Source of the DNA: Curvularia clavata
Lineage: Eukaryota
Length of the DNA stretch: 64,000 nucleotides
Direction of reading: 5' to 3'
NCBI GenBank assembly: GCA_023920165.1
Contig: CP089274.1
Location: 2,418,001-2,482,000, forward strand
Every line of letters begins with the position of its first letter. Position 1 is the stretch's first letter. The translations under genes and the position numbers were made by a program. Below, one piece after another: positions 1 through 10,515 of the stretch. Under the pieces are notes generated by a model. That model worked only from the letters and a program-made list of their open reading frames with translations. It was not told the origin of the DNA and did no database searches.

Positions 1-981
1 TTGCATAACCTTTCCAAAACTGCCCTTGCCAACAACCTTTAGGAGCTCAAAGTCGTCGATTGACAGACGGTCCTGTCGGTTCTCGACAAAGTTGACGCCA
101 ACCTTCATCTGACCGCTACCGAATTGCACGGGTATCCAATCGGCACCAGCCTGGCCAGCCCCCTCTTCCTTTGTGGACTTTACATCTTGCTGTTGCTCCT
201 CGAACCGTGGGGTGACCTTGAGGGTACCAATGAATATGTCTTCACTGCGACCAGCAGTAGGCGCTGCGGAGGGGTTTCGGATGTAAAGCGAGACAGTGAC
301 GTCGGTAGCACGAGAGACATCGAACTTGTACTGGGTGTTGCTGCCAGCCCAAAGAGGGTTCTCGGGTGTACCTGACACTGCGTTGATGAAGACCTGCTGC
401 TTGTCGAAGTCGACTAGGGCATAGGGGAGGTGTTTTGAGGAGTAACGACCGTGGATGGTAGGCGCTGCGTTGATGCTGCCAGCAGCAGACTGTGGACGGC
501 CAGCGTAGGAGCCAGCGGCGTTGCGAGACGACGAGCCAGGACGCACCGAGCCGGCGACTGACAGGCCGCCACCCTGGGACAAGGAGCCCTGGTGATGGGC
601 CTGGCCGCTGAATGCCTGCTCAGCGCCTGGAGGCAGCGAGAACTTCTGGCCTTCGTGGAGGGTGACTATGAGGATACCAGGGCGAAGGGGCTGTGCGGGC
701 GCGGATTGTGCGTCTGGGGCAGTTGGGTCAGCAGGATGCGAGGGCGGGGTGGGAGAGGGTATGGGTACCAATGCCATTGTCCTTTGCGTCTGTGAGGCTG
801 CTGGCATGGCTCGAGGCCTTGGGCGTGGCCTGGTTGTCGACTATTGTGGACGTCGACGAGGAGCGACTGAATGTGTTGGCAAGCGGCGCAAGGTGCGTCT
901 CCTTGAGTTCTGCAGCCGGGGGTTAGAGGTATTTTCGAGGGGCATGGGGAGAGACGGACTCTTGGTGAGCTTCCAGGACAT
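1..981 (-). CDS. ypk1: AGC-family Ser/Thr kinase Ypk1/Gad8 orthologue, 5' part (runs off the left edge)
   Basis: Absent from the ORF track. ATG at 981; intron 959-910 (GTCCGT..CTAAC..CAG). Spliced N-terminus MSWKLTKKLKETHLAPL; bases 70-1 read RLSIDDFELLKVVGKGSFGKVMQ (kinase subdomain I typical of Ypk1/Gad8). Confidence 0.92.
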
Positions 982-1927
982 GGTTGCGGCAGCTCAACGG
1001 TGGTTAGGTGCAGAAAGACAGACGGATACGGTCAGAGGGTGGAGACTTGGGGGCGAGCGGCGAGCGGCGAGCGAGCGAGGAGGGGGCGCACCAAGGGCAC
1101 GGCGGCGCAGCTTATGAGGACAGGACGGCGTCGTCGCGTTGGGTCGGCGGCAGTGGGAAAAAAGGAGGGCAGAACAAAGGCCAGGGGAGGTCGAGGGTGG
1201 CAACGTGTCTGGTGTCCGAGAGCCGCCCAGGCGTTTGAGTGAGAGGCTCTCCAATGCTCGAGATAGCGTCCTGGTCTCACGTTTGAGGGGTCATTGGGTC
1301 GCTAGCCTTAATCTCGGCCGGCGACCAGGTCGTGTTTCCCGCACTGACACGCCAATCCGTGCCTGCTCTCATTTCCCAGTGTTGCGAGCCCCCAAAGAGC
1401 GACGAGACGCTGGCACTGTTCTTTTCTATTTCGAGCCGGCGATAATGACTGCAAGGAGACGCGACAGCCTGTAACAAACGTGCTTGCGCCTGCGCCTGCA
1501 CCTGCCACGCTGCTCGCCTCGGCTACAATTGCCGCCCCAGGCAACCTCACGCGCGTCCTGCTGCCTGCATACTACATACCACTGTACATACCACATACAC
1601 TTTCACACGCGTCCCCTCATCCAACCACCTCCTCGACGCCCGACATTGCATCAACATCTCCACACCTGGAGACGTGCAACCGTGCAACCGTGCGGCCCTG
1701 GAGCCCTGTCGTCCCGCCGTGTTGCAGCCCAGCTGGCGGCTTTACCGCTAGTCTTCCGCGCAGCAACTGACACGCGCGTTTGCAGCTGCGTAGCGCACCA
1801 GCCACAACTGCTCGTCTCACCTCCGCGCGCGACCCCAGCCCTGACCCCGACCGGACCGTTTGTTGCGGTGTGGTGTGGCGACGACGCTCCTTCACTTGCT
1901 TACCCGACTGCCACATAGCGGGGAACC

Positions 1928-3516
1928 ATGGGCGTCATTAAGAAGAAGACCGGCGCGCGGGGTACAGAGGGTGGTACCAAGTACGTCTGCGATGTGTGCT
2001 CGTCCGACATCACGTCTACGGTAGGTTGCTGTCTTGCACCCTCACTTCACTGCCCGTGTGTTCATCTTCATCACAGGTCCGCATACGCTGCGCCGAAGAG
2101 GTGTGCCATGAGTACGACCTCTGCGTCCCATGTTTCGCCGAGGCAAAGGCAACAAAGGACCACCAGCCTGCCAAGCACAAGTTCAAGGTCATAGAACAAC
2201 ACTCGATACCTATCTTTACAGAGGACTGGGGCGCCGACGAGGAACTCGCTCTATTGGAAGGCGCAGAGACATATGGCCTGGGTTCATGGGCAGACATCGC
2301 CGATCACATTGGCGGCTTCCGCGAAAAGGACGAAGTGCGAGACCACTACATCGACACTTACCTCAACAGCTCCTGCTTCCCCCTACCAGAACACTGCAGC
2401 AAGGATGACACCGAGCTCAGCACCCGGATACCGCGCCATGAGTTCCAGGCGAGGAAGAAGCGGAGAATCGAGAAGAAGAAAGAGGAGGCCGCCAGTCGCG
2501 AGCCAGAGGCGCCCAAGCAGAAGCCCACTGCCAGTGTCCCCGCCTGCCACGAGGTTCAAGGCTACATGCCAGGTCGTCTGGAGTTTGAGACTGAATACTT
2601 CAACGAAGCAGAGGAGGCAGTCCAGCACATGCAGTTCGACCCGGGCGACGGCATCAATCCACGCACAGGCGAGATTGAGCCCGAAATGGAGCTGAAGATG
2701 GTCATCATGGAGATCTACAACCACCGCCTGGACGCCCGCGTGGAGAGGAAAAAGATCATATTCGAGCACCAGCTGCTCGAGTATCGCAAGAACCAGTTGG
2801 CAGACAAGAAGCGCACCAAGGAAGAGAAAGATCTCATGAACAAGGCCAAGCCGTTTGCAAGAATGATGCTGCACGCCGACTTTGAACAGTTCTGTAAAGA
2901 CCTTGAGTACGAGCACAATCTGCGACAGGCCATCTCGCAGCTACAGGAATGGCGTAACATGCAAATCACAAGCCTCAAGGCGGGCGAAAAGTACGAACAG
3001 GAAAAGCAGCAACGGCAGACTAGACCACCGCCCATTGGCCAGTTCGACCGTCTCGCTTCTAGCAGAATGACCAAGCCCCAGCCGCCTTTTGAGCAGCCAT
3101 CGGCCGCCACTGCATTACTTGCCCAAGATCTTCCGCTGCACATCAAGCAGAGCAGCGGACTGTCTACGCCGCCACCCGACCGGGCACCCAACGGCGCTAA
3201 CGGTGTCTTGACGCCTCAGTTTACAAAGACCAAATTTGTACCCAAGCCGCTTCCTAACACAGTGCCACTCAAGTTTGGCAAAGAATCCAAGGCAGATCTC
3301 CAGCTACTCAATGCCGAAGAAGTGGAGCTATGCAGTGTCCTGCGCATCATGCCAAAGCCATATCTTGCGCTCAAAGAAACAATTATTCGCGCAGCCATTA
3401 ACAATGGGGGTGCGCTTAAGAAAAAGACCGCCAAGGAGATTTGCAAGATCGACACGAACAAGTCATCGCAGTTGTTTGAGTATTTTGTGCACAGCGGATG
3501 GATAGCAAGGGCTTAG
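1928..3516 (+). CDS. ADA2: SAGA/ADA transcriptional adaptor Ada2 (ZZ zinc finger, SANT, SWIRM)
   Basis: Exon 1 1928-2020, intron 2021-2076 (GTAGGT..CAG), exon 2 2077-3516. Motifs [52 protein letters not shown] and [12 protein letters not shown]. Confidence 0.96.
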
Positions 3517-4030
3517 GGAGGTGGCGTTGAGGAGGATGAAGTTGCTGATTAGACGGCGTCTAGGTACTGGTATACCCTGGTCACGGGAGGCGTTGTAAGT
3601 CCATAGTTGTTGGCATTGTCGCTTGCGCTTCACTTGTTGAATTCATATTGTTCGTGCGCCTCTAAGAGGACACTTATTATCAATGTTGCGGTGTAATCCG
3701 TCTCCTCATTGATTTGACGATGGCTGTCCAAGCTCCTCGCTACCCCAGCGACGCCGACATAGTAAACAAACGGTCCTCACACCCATGGTTCACCACTCAT
3801 ATTCCCATAACCTCACGCCACACCCATCATGAATCTCTAGCTAATTCTCCGATTCCTCGGGACCGTGGAACGAGCGAAGCTTTCGACAACGCAACACTTG
3901 CTATCCTTGCACAGCGCCTTACATCATTCGTCGGCTAGCCGTCCCTGACCGACTGGACCACGTCCCGCAGGCAACTCCCCGATCTACCTCCCTGCGTCAA
4001 ATCGAAGCCAAGTTGCGCCACTCCACCGAC

Positions 4031-5236
4031 ATGCCCGGACCCTATACTCTCTCACCCTCACATATACGTGGAGAGTCACAGAGCAGCTGCGTAGGCTCGA
4101 CACGGCAGTACTCGCTTGCGCCTGAAACCACTGCTCGCCAGCTGATTGATTCAGATGCGCACGAGACCCGTAAGCGCTCCCGACATGGCGACAACGCTGT
4201 CGCAAGCTCATGGACCGACTACTCTATGACCAACACGCGCGGCACCGACAACAAGAGTCCACCTCCACTTGCGAATGAGCGCTACGAACTGGCCGGAGGC
4301 ATGGATAGGCCACAACCATTCGCAAGGCGAGAAGGCGATTACGACGACTACTTCAACCTCCAGAGCCAACGCGGCACCTGGTCCATACCGCCTACTCCCC
4401 AAGTCAACCATGCGACACAACCATCAGGCGGAGAGATGCATATGACTCCAAATGGGAGCAAGACATGGTCCTTCATGAGCCTCGTTGGCGGAGTAGCCGG
4501 CAAGCTCTTTGAGTTCTGTACCGTGCCTTTCCGCGGGTTCCAAGCCGGCGGCGGACAGAAATACAACATCGATTCACACGGTGATGTGGCAGCGAAACTA
4601 GGCTTACAAGACGATCCATATCAGCCAGGTCCGGTCCAACAACCCACACCCGGCACCTTTCCGAGCGACGACTACGGCGTTCAATCGATAGATTCAATTA
4701 CTTCCGAGCGACCTCGATTAGCAAAACGACTCCGTACAACAGACAACTGGATCATGGTGGGACAAGACTGCGAGATGGACTCGAGACCAGGCACACCGCG
4801 GTTATCAGAACGAAGAACTCCAGGCCATGGGCGCTCGCCTTCGCAAATCCCGCGCCCCGTCTCTCGCGCAAGCGCCGCTACGCCATCGCACAAACGACCG
4901 TCGCTCATCCCCGTATCGCGGCGCTCAACACTCGACCGCCGGTCTTTCCACAGCAATAACACAGCATACTCGCCCGCCACACCCGCCTCATCCCGCTCCT
5001 ACAACAACAATCGCCTCAGCTTCGGCTCACCTGGCGCCTTCGAGCGAAGGAGTAGTTTTGCGTCTCCGCTGCTACCGCAAGAGAGTCAGCGGCTTATTGA
5101 TAAGGTGCGCAGGGAAGAGCTTGAGGAGGATGAGCGCCTGCGCAGAATGAGTCTGCAGATGACGGCTATGTTGAAGGAGGCGAATGAGGCGCTAGGATCG
5201 AAGTTTGAGGTGGATATGTTTGAGGATGAAGATTGA
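4031..5236 (+). CDS. Uncharacterised Ser/Pro/Arg-rich fungal protein with C-terminal coiled coil
   Basis: Uninterrupted ~400-codon ORF, first ATG at 4031. It has structured-looking islands (SPPPLANERYELAGG; LVGGVAGKLFEFCTVPFRGFQAGGG; LRRMSLQMTAMLKEANEALGSKFEV). The start codon is uncertain. Confidence 0.75.
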   Translation: MPGPYTLSPSHIRGESQSSCVGSTRQYSLAPETTARQLIDSDAHETRKRSRHGDNAVASSWTDYSMTNTRGTDNKSPPPLANERYELAGGMDRPQPFARREGDYDDYFNLQSQRGTWSIPPTPQVNHATQPSGGEMHMTPNGSKTWSFMSLVGGVAGKLFEFCTVPFRGFQAGGGQKYNIDSHGDVAAKLGLQDDPYQPGPVQQPTPGTFPSDDYGVQSIDSITSERPRLAKRLRTTDNWIMVGQDCEMDSRPGTPRLSERRTPGHGRSPSQIPRPVSRASAATPSHKRPSLIPVSRRSTLDRRSFHSNNTAYSPATPASSRSYNNNRLSFGSPGAFERRSSFASPLLPQESQRLIDKVRREELEEDERLRRMSLQMTAMLKEANEALGSKFEVDMFEDED

Positions 5237-5898
5237 GATTCGATGAGGTTGGAGGGCATGGGATGGCGGCGATAGGAGACCATGAGGGTTTGCATGAGAA
5301 GAGGAAGTAAACAAGGCAATTGATACCAAGAAAATCTCCTGCTAGCCCAGGTGGTTGTGGCACTTGTGCAAATCACTATGATCAAAGGCGTTGGATATAA
5401 ATAATAACGGCCGTTCTTTTTCTTTCCTCGTTTTTTCCCTTCGTGATATTTTGAGCGTATCTTTTTTTTTTTTCTTCTTTTCAGACTCTCGTTTTGGGTT
5501 TTTAAGGAGCGGGAGCACAAGGAGCAAATTGCAAGCGATTTTAGGGTATTTTCTCGTTCCAAGTTTGCGAATATCATGTTCATCACTGATGAGGGGTGAA
5601 ATTGTTGGTTGAGCAGCGGGGTGCACGTGTATATAACGATAGTGTCGACCATGGAAGGTAGAAATGCAAACCTTTCCCACGTGCTTGTGCTGGGTTCGGT
5701 GATTCAGTGAATAGTGTGAAGAGTTCATTGACTGATTGAGAGAAATTGAAAAGAATTTAAGATTTATGTTTATGCTCGTGGTAATGGTGTATGGAGGATA
5801 AGTATCAAGCACAAGAACAGAACATGTGTACAAGAAAGAAAATGATATCCTGATCCTTTATAAAACTCCAACATCTCCCAAACGAAAAACAGGCAGTA

Positions 5899-6848
5899 TC
5901 AACCAAGCAATCTCGCCAAACCACCGCCCAGATTAACGCTCAGGCTAAAGCTCAACTTGACGCCTTTTGCCTGCGCCGAGAACTCGCGAGAATGATCGCT
6001 CCATTCCCTGCGAAGCTGGGCTCGCTGCTGGAGAACACTTGGTCTTGTCTGCGGTCCTGCAGTCTTGCCGCTCTCTCTCCGCGTTAATTGCTTTGGTTGT
6101 GCGTCTTTCGTGTCATTCATAATAGGATCCAGCATAGCCTGTACGCCCGGAAGTTGATGTGGCGGTATATTCCCGTGAGTAAGGTTCCCGTCTTTTGATT
6201 GCAGTAAAAAAGTGTGAAAGCGATACGGGTGTAAGATCAAACTGTGAACTTCAGACATGCTGCCTTTCTCCAACAGCTTGACGAGCGGTTTGTAGTTCCG
6301 CAGATCCCATACAGCGGCATTATTCCCTGTTAACATGAGAAAATTGCCGTCTGCGCCTAGTGACACGAGACGCGGTGGATCAGTCCAGCCTCCATCTTTG
6401 ATGTTGTTCTGCAATGCGGACACAAGTTTTTGAGGGAGATTCTTCCAAAGATAAGATGACCCGTCGTGGACAAAGAACGACTCGTTGTATGGGCCAAGGC
6501 AACATCGGATCTTGGGTACGTCGCGGTTACGCGCGAAGATGAATTCAACCAGTTCAGACGGAAGTCCTGAAGCGTCGACACGATCTTTGCCACTAGTATC
6601 GCGCCAGGTGAGCAGGAAGCTGTCTTCAAACCCCAGGGTCACATGATAAACCTGCTTCAACTGTTCGTTGCTCAGGAACCTCGCCAGCTTCATTGGAAGC
6701 CGTGTGCTGTAACAGCATCAGCATATTATGGTTTCAAAGAGAACTACTGGGGGTTTGGTATCAAGTAGAAGACATACTGCTCTCTCTTCGACGGACATTG
6801 GAAGAAGTGACTGCCCCGCTGGCCAAAGGTCAACGTGGAGTCGCACAT
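5899..6848 (-). CDS. Uncharacterised five-repeat protein A (292 aa), paralogue of the divergent neighbour
   Basis: ATG at 6848, exon 1 6848-6778 (MCDSTLTFGQRGSHFFQCPSKRE), phase-2 intron 6777-6707 (GTATGT..CAG), then joins the 264-aa ORF in frame. Repeated LG..SF...LP..L units. Confidence 0.85.
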
Positions 6849-7272
6849 TGCGCCGAAACCGTCGGGCTCGCTAAAGGGAACGCGCGGTCTAGATCAGTGC
6901 AAGGCGGTGTGCAGATCTAGCATCAGTGGGGTCGCTATAAAGCAGACGAAGAGGAAACATAGATGGAAGTGTAAGAGCTATAATCAGGAGACCGTCTTGT
7001 CGAGCCTCGCTTTGCCAAGCTTGATCATTTACAGGGTCCAAACAGGATAGCGACACAACGCTGCTATCCCTGCGGTACCAGGCAAACGTGTGCAGGAAGA
7101 ATCTAAAAGCGCCACACGCCCCATGAGCCAAGTACTAGCACTACTTGTAAGTCTACACAACGGGTAAACCATTACAAACACTAACCGTTGTGCTTTGAGC
7201 ATATCATTGGGATTACACATGACGTCATAGCCACTTTTCTTCCATCCAATCGCACCACAACAGCCCGAGCAA

Positions 7273-8647
7273 ATGAGCGGCAGCACACCGAGCAACACGT
7301 CCTTTTTCTCCTTTGGACCAAAAGATAGCTTTGTGTCCAAGAGCTTTGCCGGCCTGCAATAGTACGTAAGCCGCATCAGCTCTAGTCTCTGCGTGATGTG
7401 CCTAACACCCCCACCGTCGCAATCTCCCGTCTAGCCTCCAGGACCTGCTGCTGAGCAGGGCGGTATCAGAAGTCCACTGGGCAGCTTTAGGCCCGGAGCC
7501 GGAGTCCTGGGTGCTCAGTGCAAAAGATGCGGCAGGGAAAAGCAGTATAAGATGGGGTTCGGCGATTCCAAGTCGGCTTCAGACGGTTCTCAATAAGACA
7601 TGGCATTCGCCGCACCTGCGAGCCTTTCTGGGCCCAGACGACTCGTTCATTGTATGGCATCCTGATCTTATCCGTTGGGCAAATCTGCCTGCAAGTCTGG
7701 AAGATGCACTGCAGTCATGGCTAACACCGTCTGGATGGCGCGTTGGACCGCCACGAATGGTGACATGGGGCCCTGAAGGCGCTTTCTTCGCCATGAGCGA
7801 GTATGGCGACGTAGTGTACAAACTTGGTGACAGCGACGCATGGGAAATATACAAAGAGACGGTTGAAGAATGGAAGGCTGAAAAGGGATTTCTCTGGAGC
7901 CAACTAGCTTTCATCGCTTTGGATCCTACCAGTGCAGATCAGTTCATTGCTGTTCGAAATGACGGGACGTGGGCGGGTTCCATTGACGACATCAATGAAG
8001 ACGCGCTTGAGGCCTTTGCGCTGAACTTCTTCGCCAGAGCAAAGAGCAAGCACAAGTCCAAGCCTAGCACGTCTCAGTCGGCCGGGCAGACGCCAAATGG
8101 GACATCAGAGTCTGCCGAGCAGAAAGAAAAGGCTGTGGTGCAAGCCTTGTACGAAAAGTGGTCTACAGAAACAGCCGTCATGTTTGCCGCCGCATCAGCG
8201 GCATCCGCTGGTCCAAAACCAAAACAGCCCCGGAAACTACAAGTTCGCTCTCAGTCGAGCAGCTCAGATGCTTCATCTACGCCGCCTCCGCTGCACCGCG
8301 CGTCTTCCTCCCCACCAAAGCTTTTTACAATGTTCCCATATCTGCCTAACAGTGTCACCACATGCAAGCTCCCAACTTGCAAGATGCTGAAGTCGGAAGA
8401 GAACAGCATACACGCCTGTCAGCACGATGTGGAAAAGTTACTTCGAGCAAGTGGTCTGTATAGTTATGAGTGGCTGCGCCAGGAGCGCTTGCGGTGGCAT
8501 CCCGATCGTTTTGGGCGGCTTTGCGACGAGGAGTGGAGGGAGACGGGAAAGAAACTCGCGGGCGAGATGTTTAAGCTGATGAGTGTGCTGATGGAGGATC
8601 TCAAGGGTGATCAAGCGCAGGGTAGTAGTAGTAGCAGAAATCCGTAG
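7273..8647 (+). CDS. Uncharacterised five-repeat protein B (433-439 aa) with C-terminal Cys/His cluster and WHPDRF J-domain-like tail
   Basis: ATG at 7273, exon 1 7273-7361, phase-2 intron from 7362 (GTACGT), branch CTAAC at 7402-7406, acceptor at 7416 (CCG) or 7434 (TAG). Both acceptors are in frame with the 378-aa ORF. The tail reads WLRQERLRWHPDRF. Confidence 0.85.
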
Positions 8648-9306
8648 AGCTATGTAGAAGTGCTGTCACTTCCACCACCCGCGTCACCCTATCCGCATAG
8701 CAAACTGCCTTGCGTGACCCACAGCTATTCTCCACCAAGTCTCCTATACTGACTGATTCATCTTAACGTGTATAAGTACTCACACAATCCCCTAATTACC
8801 ATCAAACAATCTTCACTTCGCGATCGGGTGTGCTCCTAGCAGGACACTGAGTGGGTATCAGACCGGCCAAACATTAAATACCGCTAACGAAGTCATGAGG
8901 ACAAACCAAAACGCTATCAACAAAACCCTAAGAGAATGCTGATGGTTCATAAGAAATATCTAACTTACTCAGTGTCCCACCAAATAGGATTGCTAAGCTA
9001 GGAGGGCGTCTCGTTCGATTCGAGGTGTTGGAGCAACACAACCGGAGTGGGAATTTCTTGATTTTTTTTGACAGTTCTTTTTGCTAGTGAGAGTGGCGCA
9101 TGTAGTTGCTGGCCGTTTGCCATTGAAATGGGACAAAGGCGTGACTGGTGCTTATCTGTGGCATAGTCGACATCTCAATCCTGACATATCATTTTGGAGA
9201 ATGGCATATAGCTTTTTGCAATTTTACGAGAGAAGAGCTTACCGACAGTACTGCGCTCTTACCTTTGTGTTGACAACCCAGGTGGTTACATTAACGTTGC
9301 CAACGT

Positions 9307-9440
9307 CATCAAGACTCCTTCTCAAGTTTGATTTCGAATCAGGTAGACATACCCGCTGAACTGAGCGATATAAATAAGCGGATAGACAGAAACTAACAAG
9401 AGTCAGCCTAGTAACGACGCGTGAAGCGGCAATAGCTAAA
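9307..9440 (+). pseudogene. Degenerate dispersed rDNA fragment (3' end of ITS2 plus 5' end of 28S rRNA)
   Basis: TTTGATTTCGAATCAGGTAGACATACCCGCTGAACTGAGCGATATAAATAAGCGG...CCTAGTAACGACGCGTGAAGCGGCAATAGCT is collinear with the fungal LSU start TTGACCTCGGATCAGGTAGGGATACCCGCTGAACTTAAGCATATCAATAAGCGG...CCTAGTAACGGCGAGTGAAGCGGCAACAGCT. It includes the LR0R primer-site core ACCCGCTGAACT. Confidence 0.9.
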
Positions 9441-10515
9441 GGGGATGCGTCCTACCCACGTCGAGCAAGTCAATAAGTATCCTGAGAGGTGTTAGCGAAC
9501 AATGAATCGAATCAATCTAGATATTGTGGGTGCTGTTAGTTTGATGCTGTCAATCCGGTGCTTCGATAAGGTTAAGAAAGGGTAAAATTATTAATGCTGG
9601 ATAGATATATAGACAATGGTGGATAGGATAAATTGTGGGAAAGACGCATGGAGGAGCGAGGACAGATCATCACATTATTTACGCTGATATAAGTGTGCAT
9701 GGTGGTTGTCTGTCGGGAGTTGGCAATAAGCTGCTGGCTGGAGACAGTAGAAGTGTTTTGTGCGTGTGGCAGTCGTGGAAATAGCAACAATGAATTCAAG
9801 TTCCAGATTCGACAGTGAGAAGTCCTTGGCGGGTGCCTCTTCAAGAGGATTATGTAGCTAAGAAGTACGTGCATTTAAGATGGATCAAGGTCCCTGAGTG
9901 TGCATAAGTGGTTGAAATCTCAATGTCTGTTCATTTCTAGCACGCCACTAACAGCCTCCACCAAGCCTCTCAGCAGGGGGAAGTTTTAGAAAGAAAGACA
10001 CTCGCGAAACAAACTTGCTAGGTATTGAATCGTCGCACATGGCAACTAGACACAGCGTGTTGTTAACCAAGTCTTCGTTTTCGTCTGCAACAATGTAACG
10101 TTAGCTATCTGTCGAAGCACTGTATATTCGAGTTGGTGTTCTGCAGCAATACAGTCACGTGCACGCGTGGGGAAAGCGAGTGGCCTCAGGCGCGACCCAT
10201 CCGCTACCTACAGCTATCATGAACTGAGAAAAACAATAGCTTCACCATCGTCGTCATGGCTTTTCATCACGCCCTTGCATACCTTCTTGCTTCGCAACGC
10301 CTCTCTCACTTCCATGCCCAGCTTTACAATTGCGGACGCCTGTAGTAGTCCCACTTGACCGAGCCCTTCCAGGGAACAGAGCCAGCTTCACTTACACATT
10401 GATCTACTTTCTGCTGAAGCTCAGGCTCTTCCAGTTATTGCCATCGCGTTTTCTCCTACTATTCCTTTCATTCTAATTCCAATTCCGCGGCCCCTACCCA
10501 TTCTAATTCCTTCCT

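Noticed and set aside
124..1918. Many 60-150 aa ORFs on both strands
   Set aside because: Antisense to ypk1 or inside the GC-rich divergent promoter/UTR; no recognisable motifs.
9307..9440. Functional 28S rRNA gene
   Set aside because: Only ~130 bp, with substitutions and indels at conserved positions and no flanking intact 5.8S or LSU.
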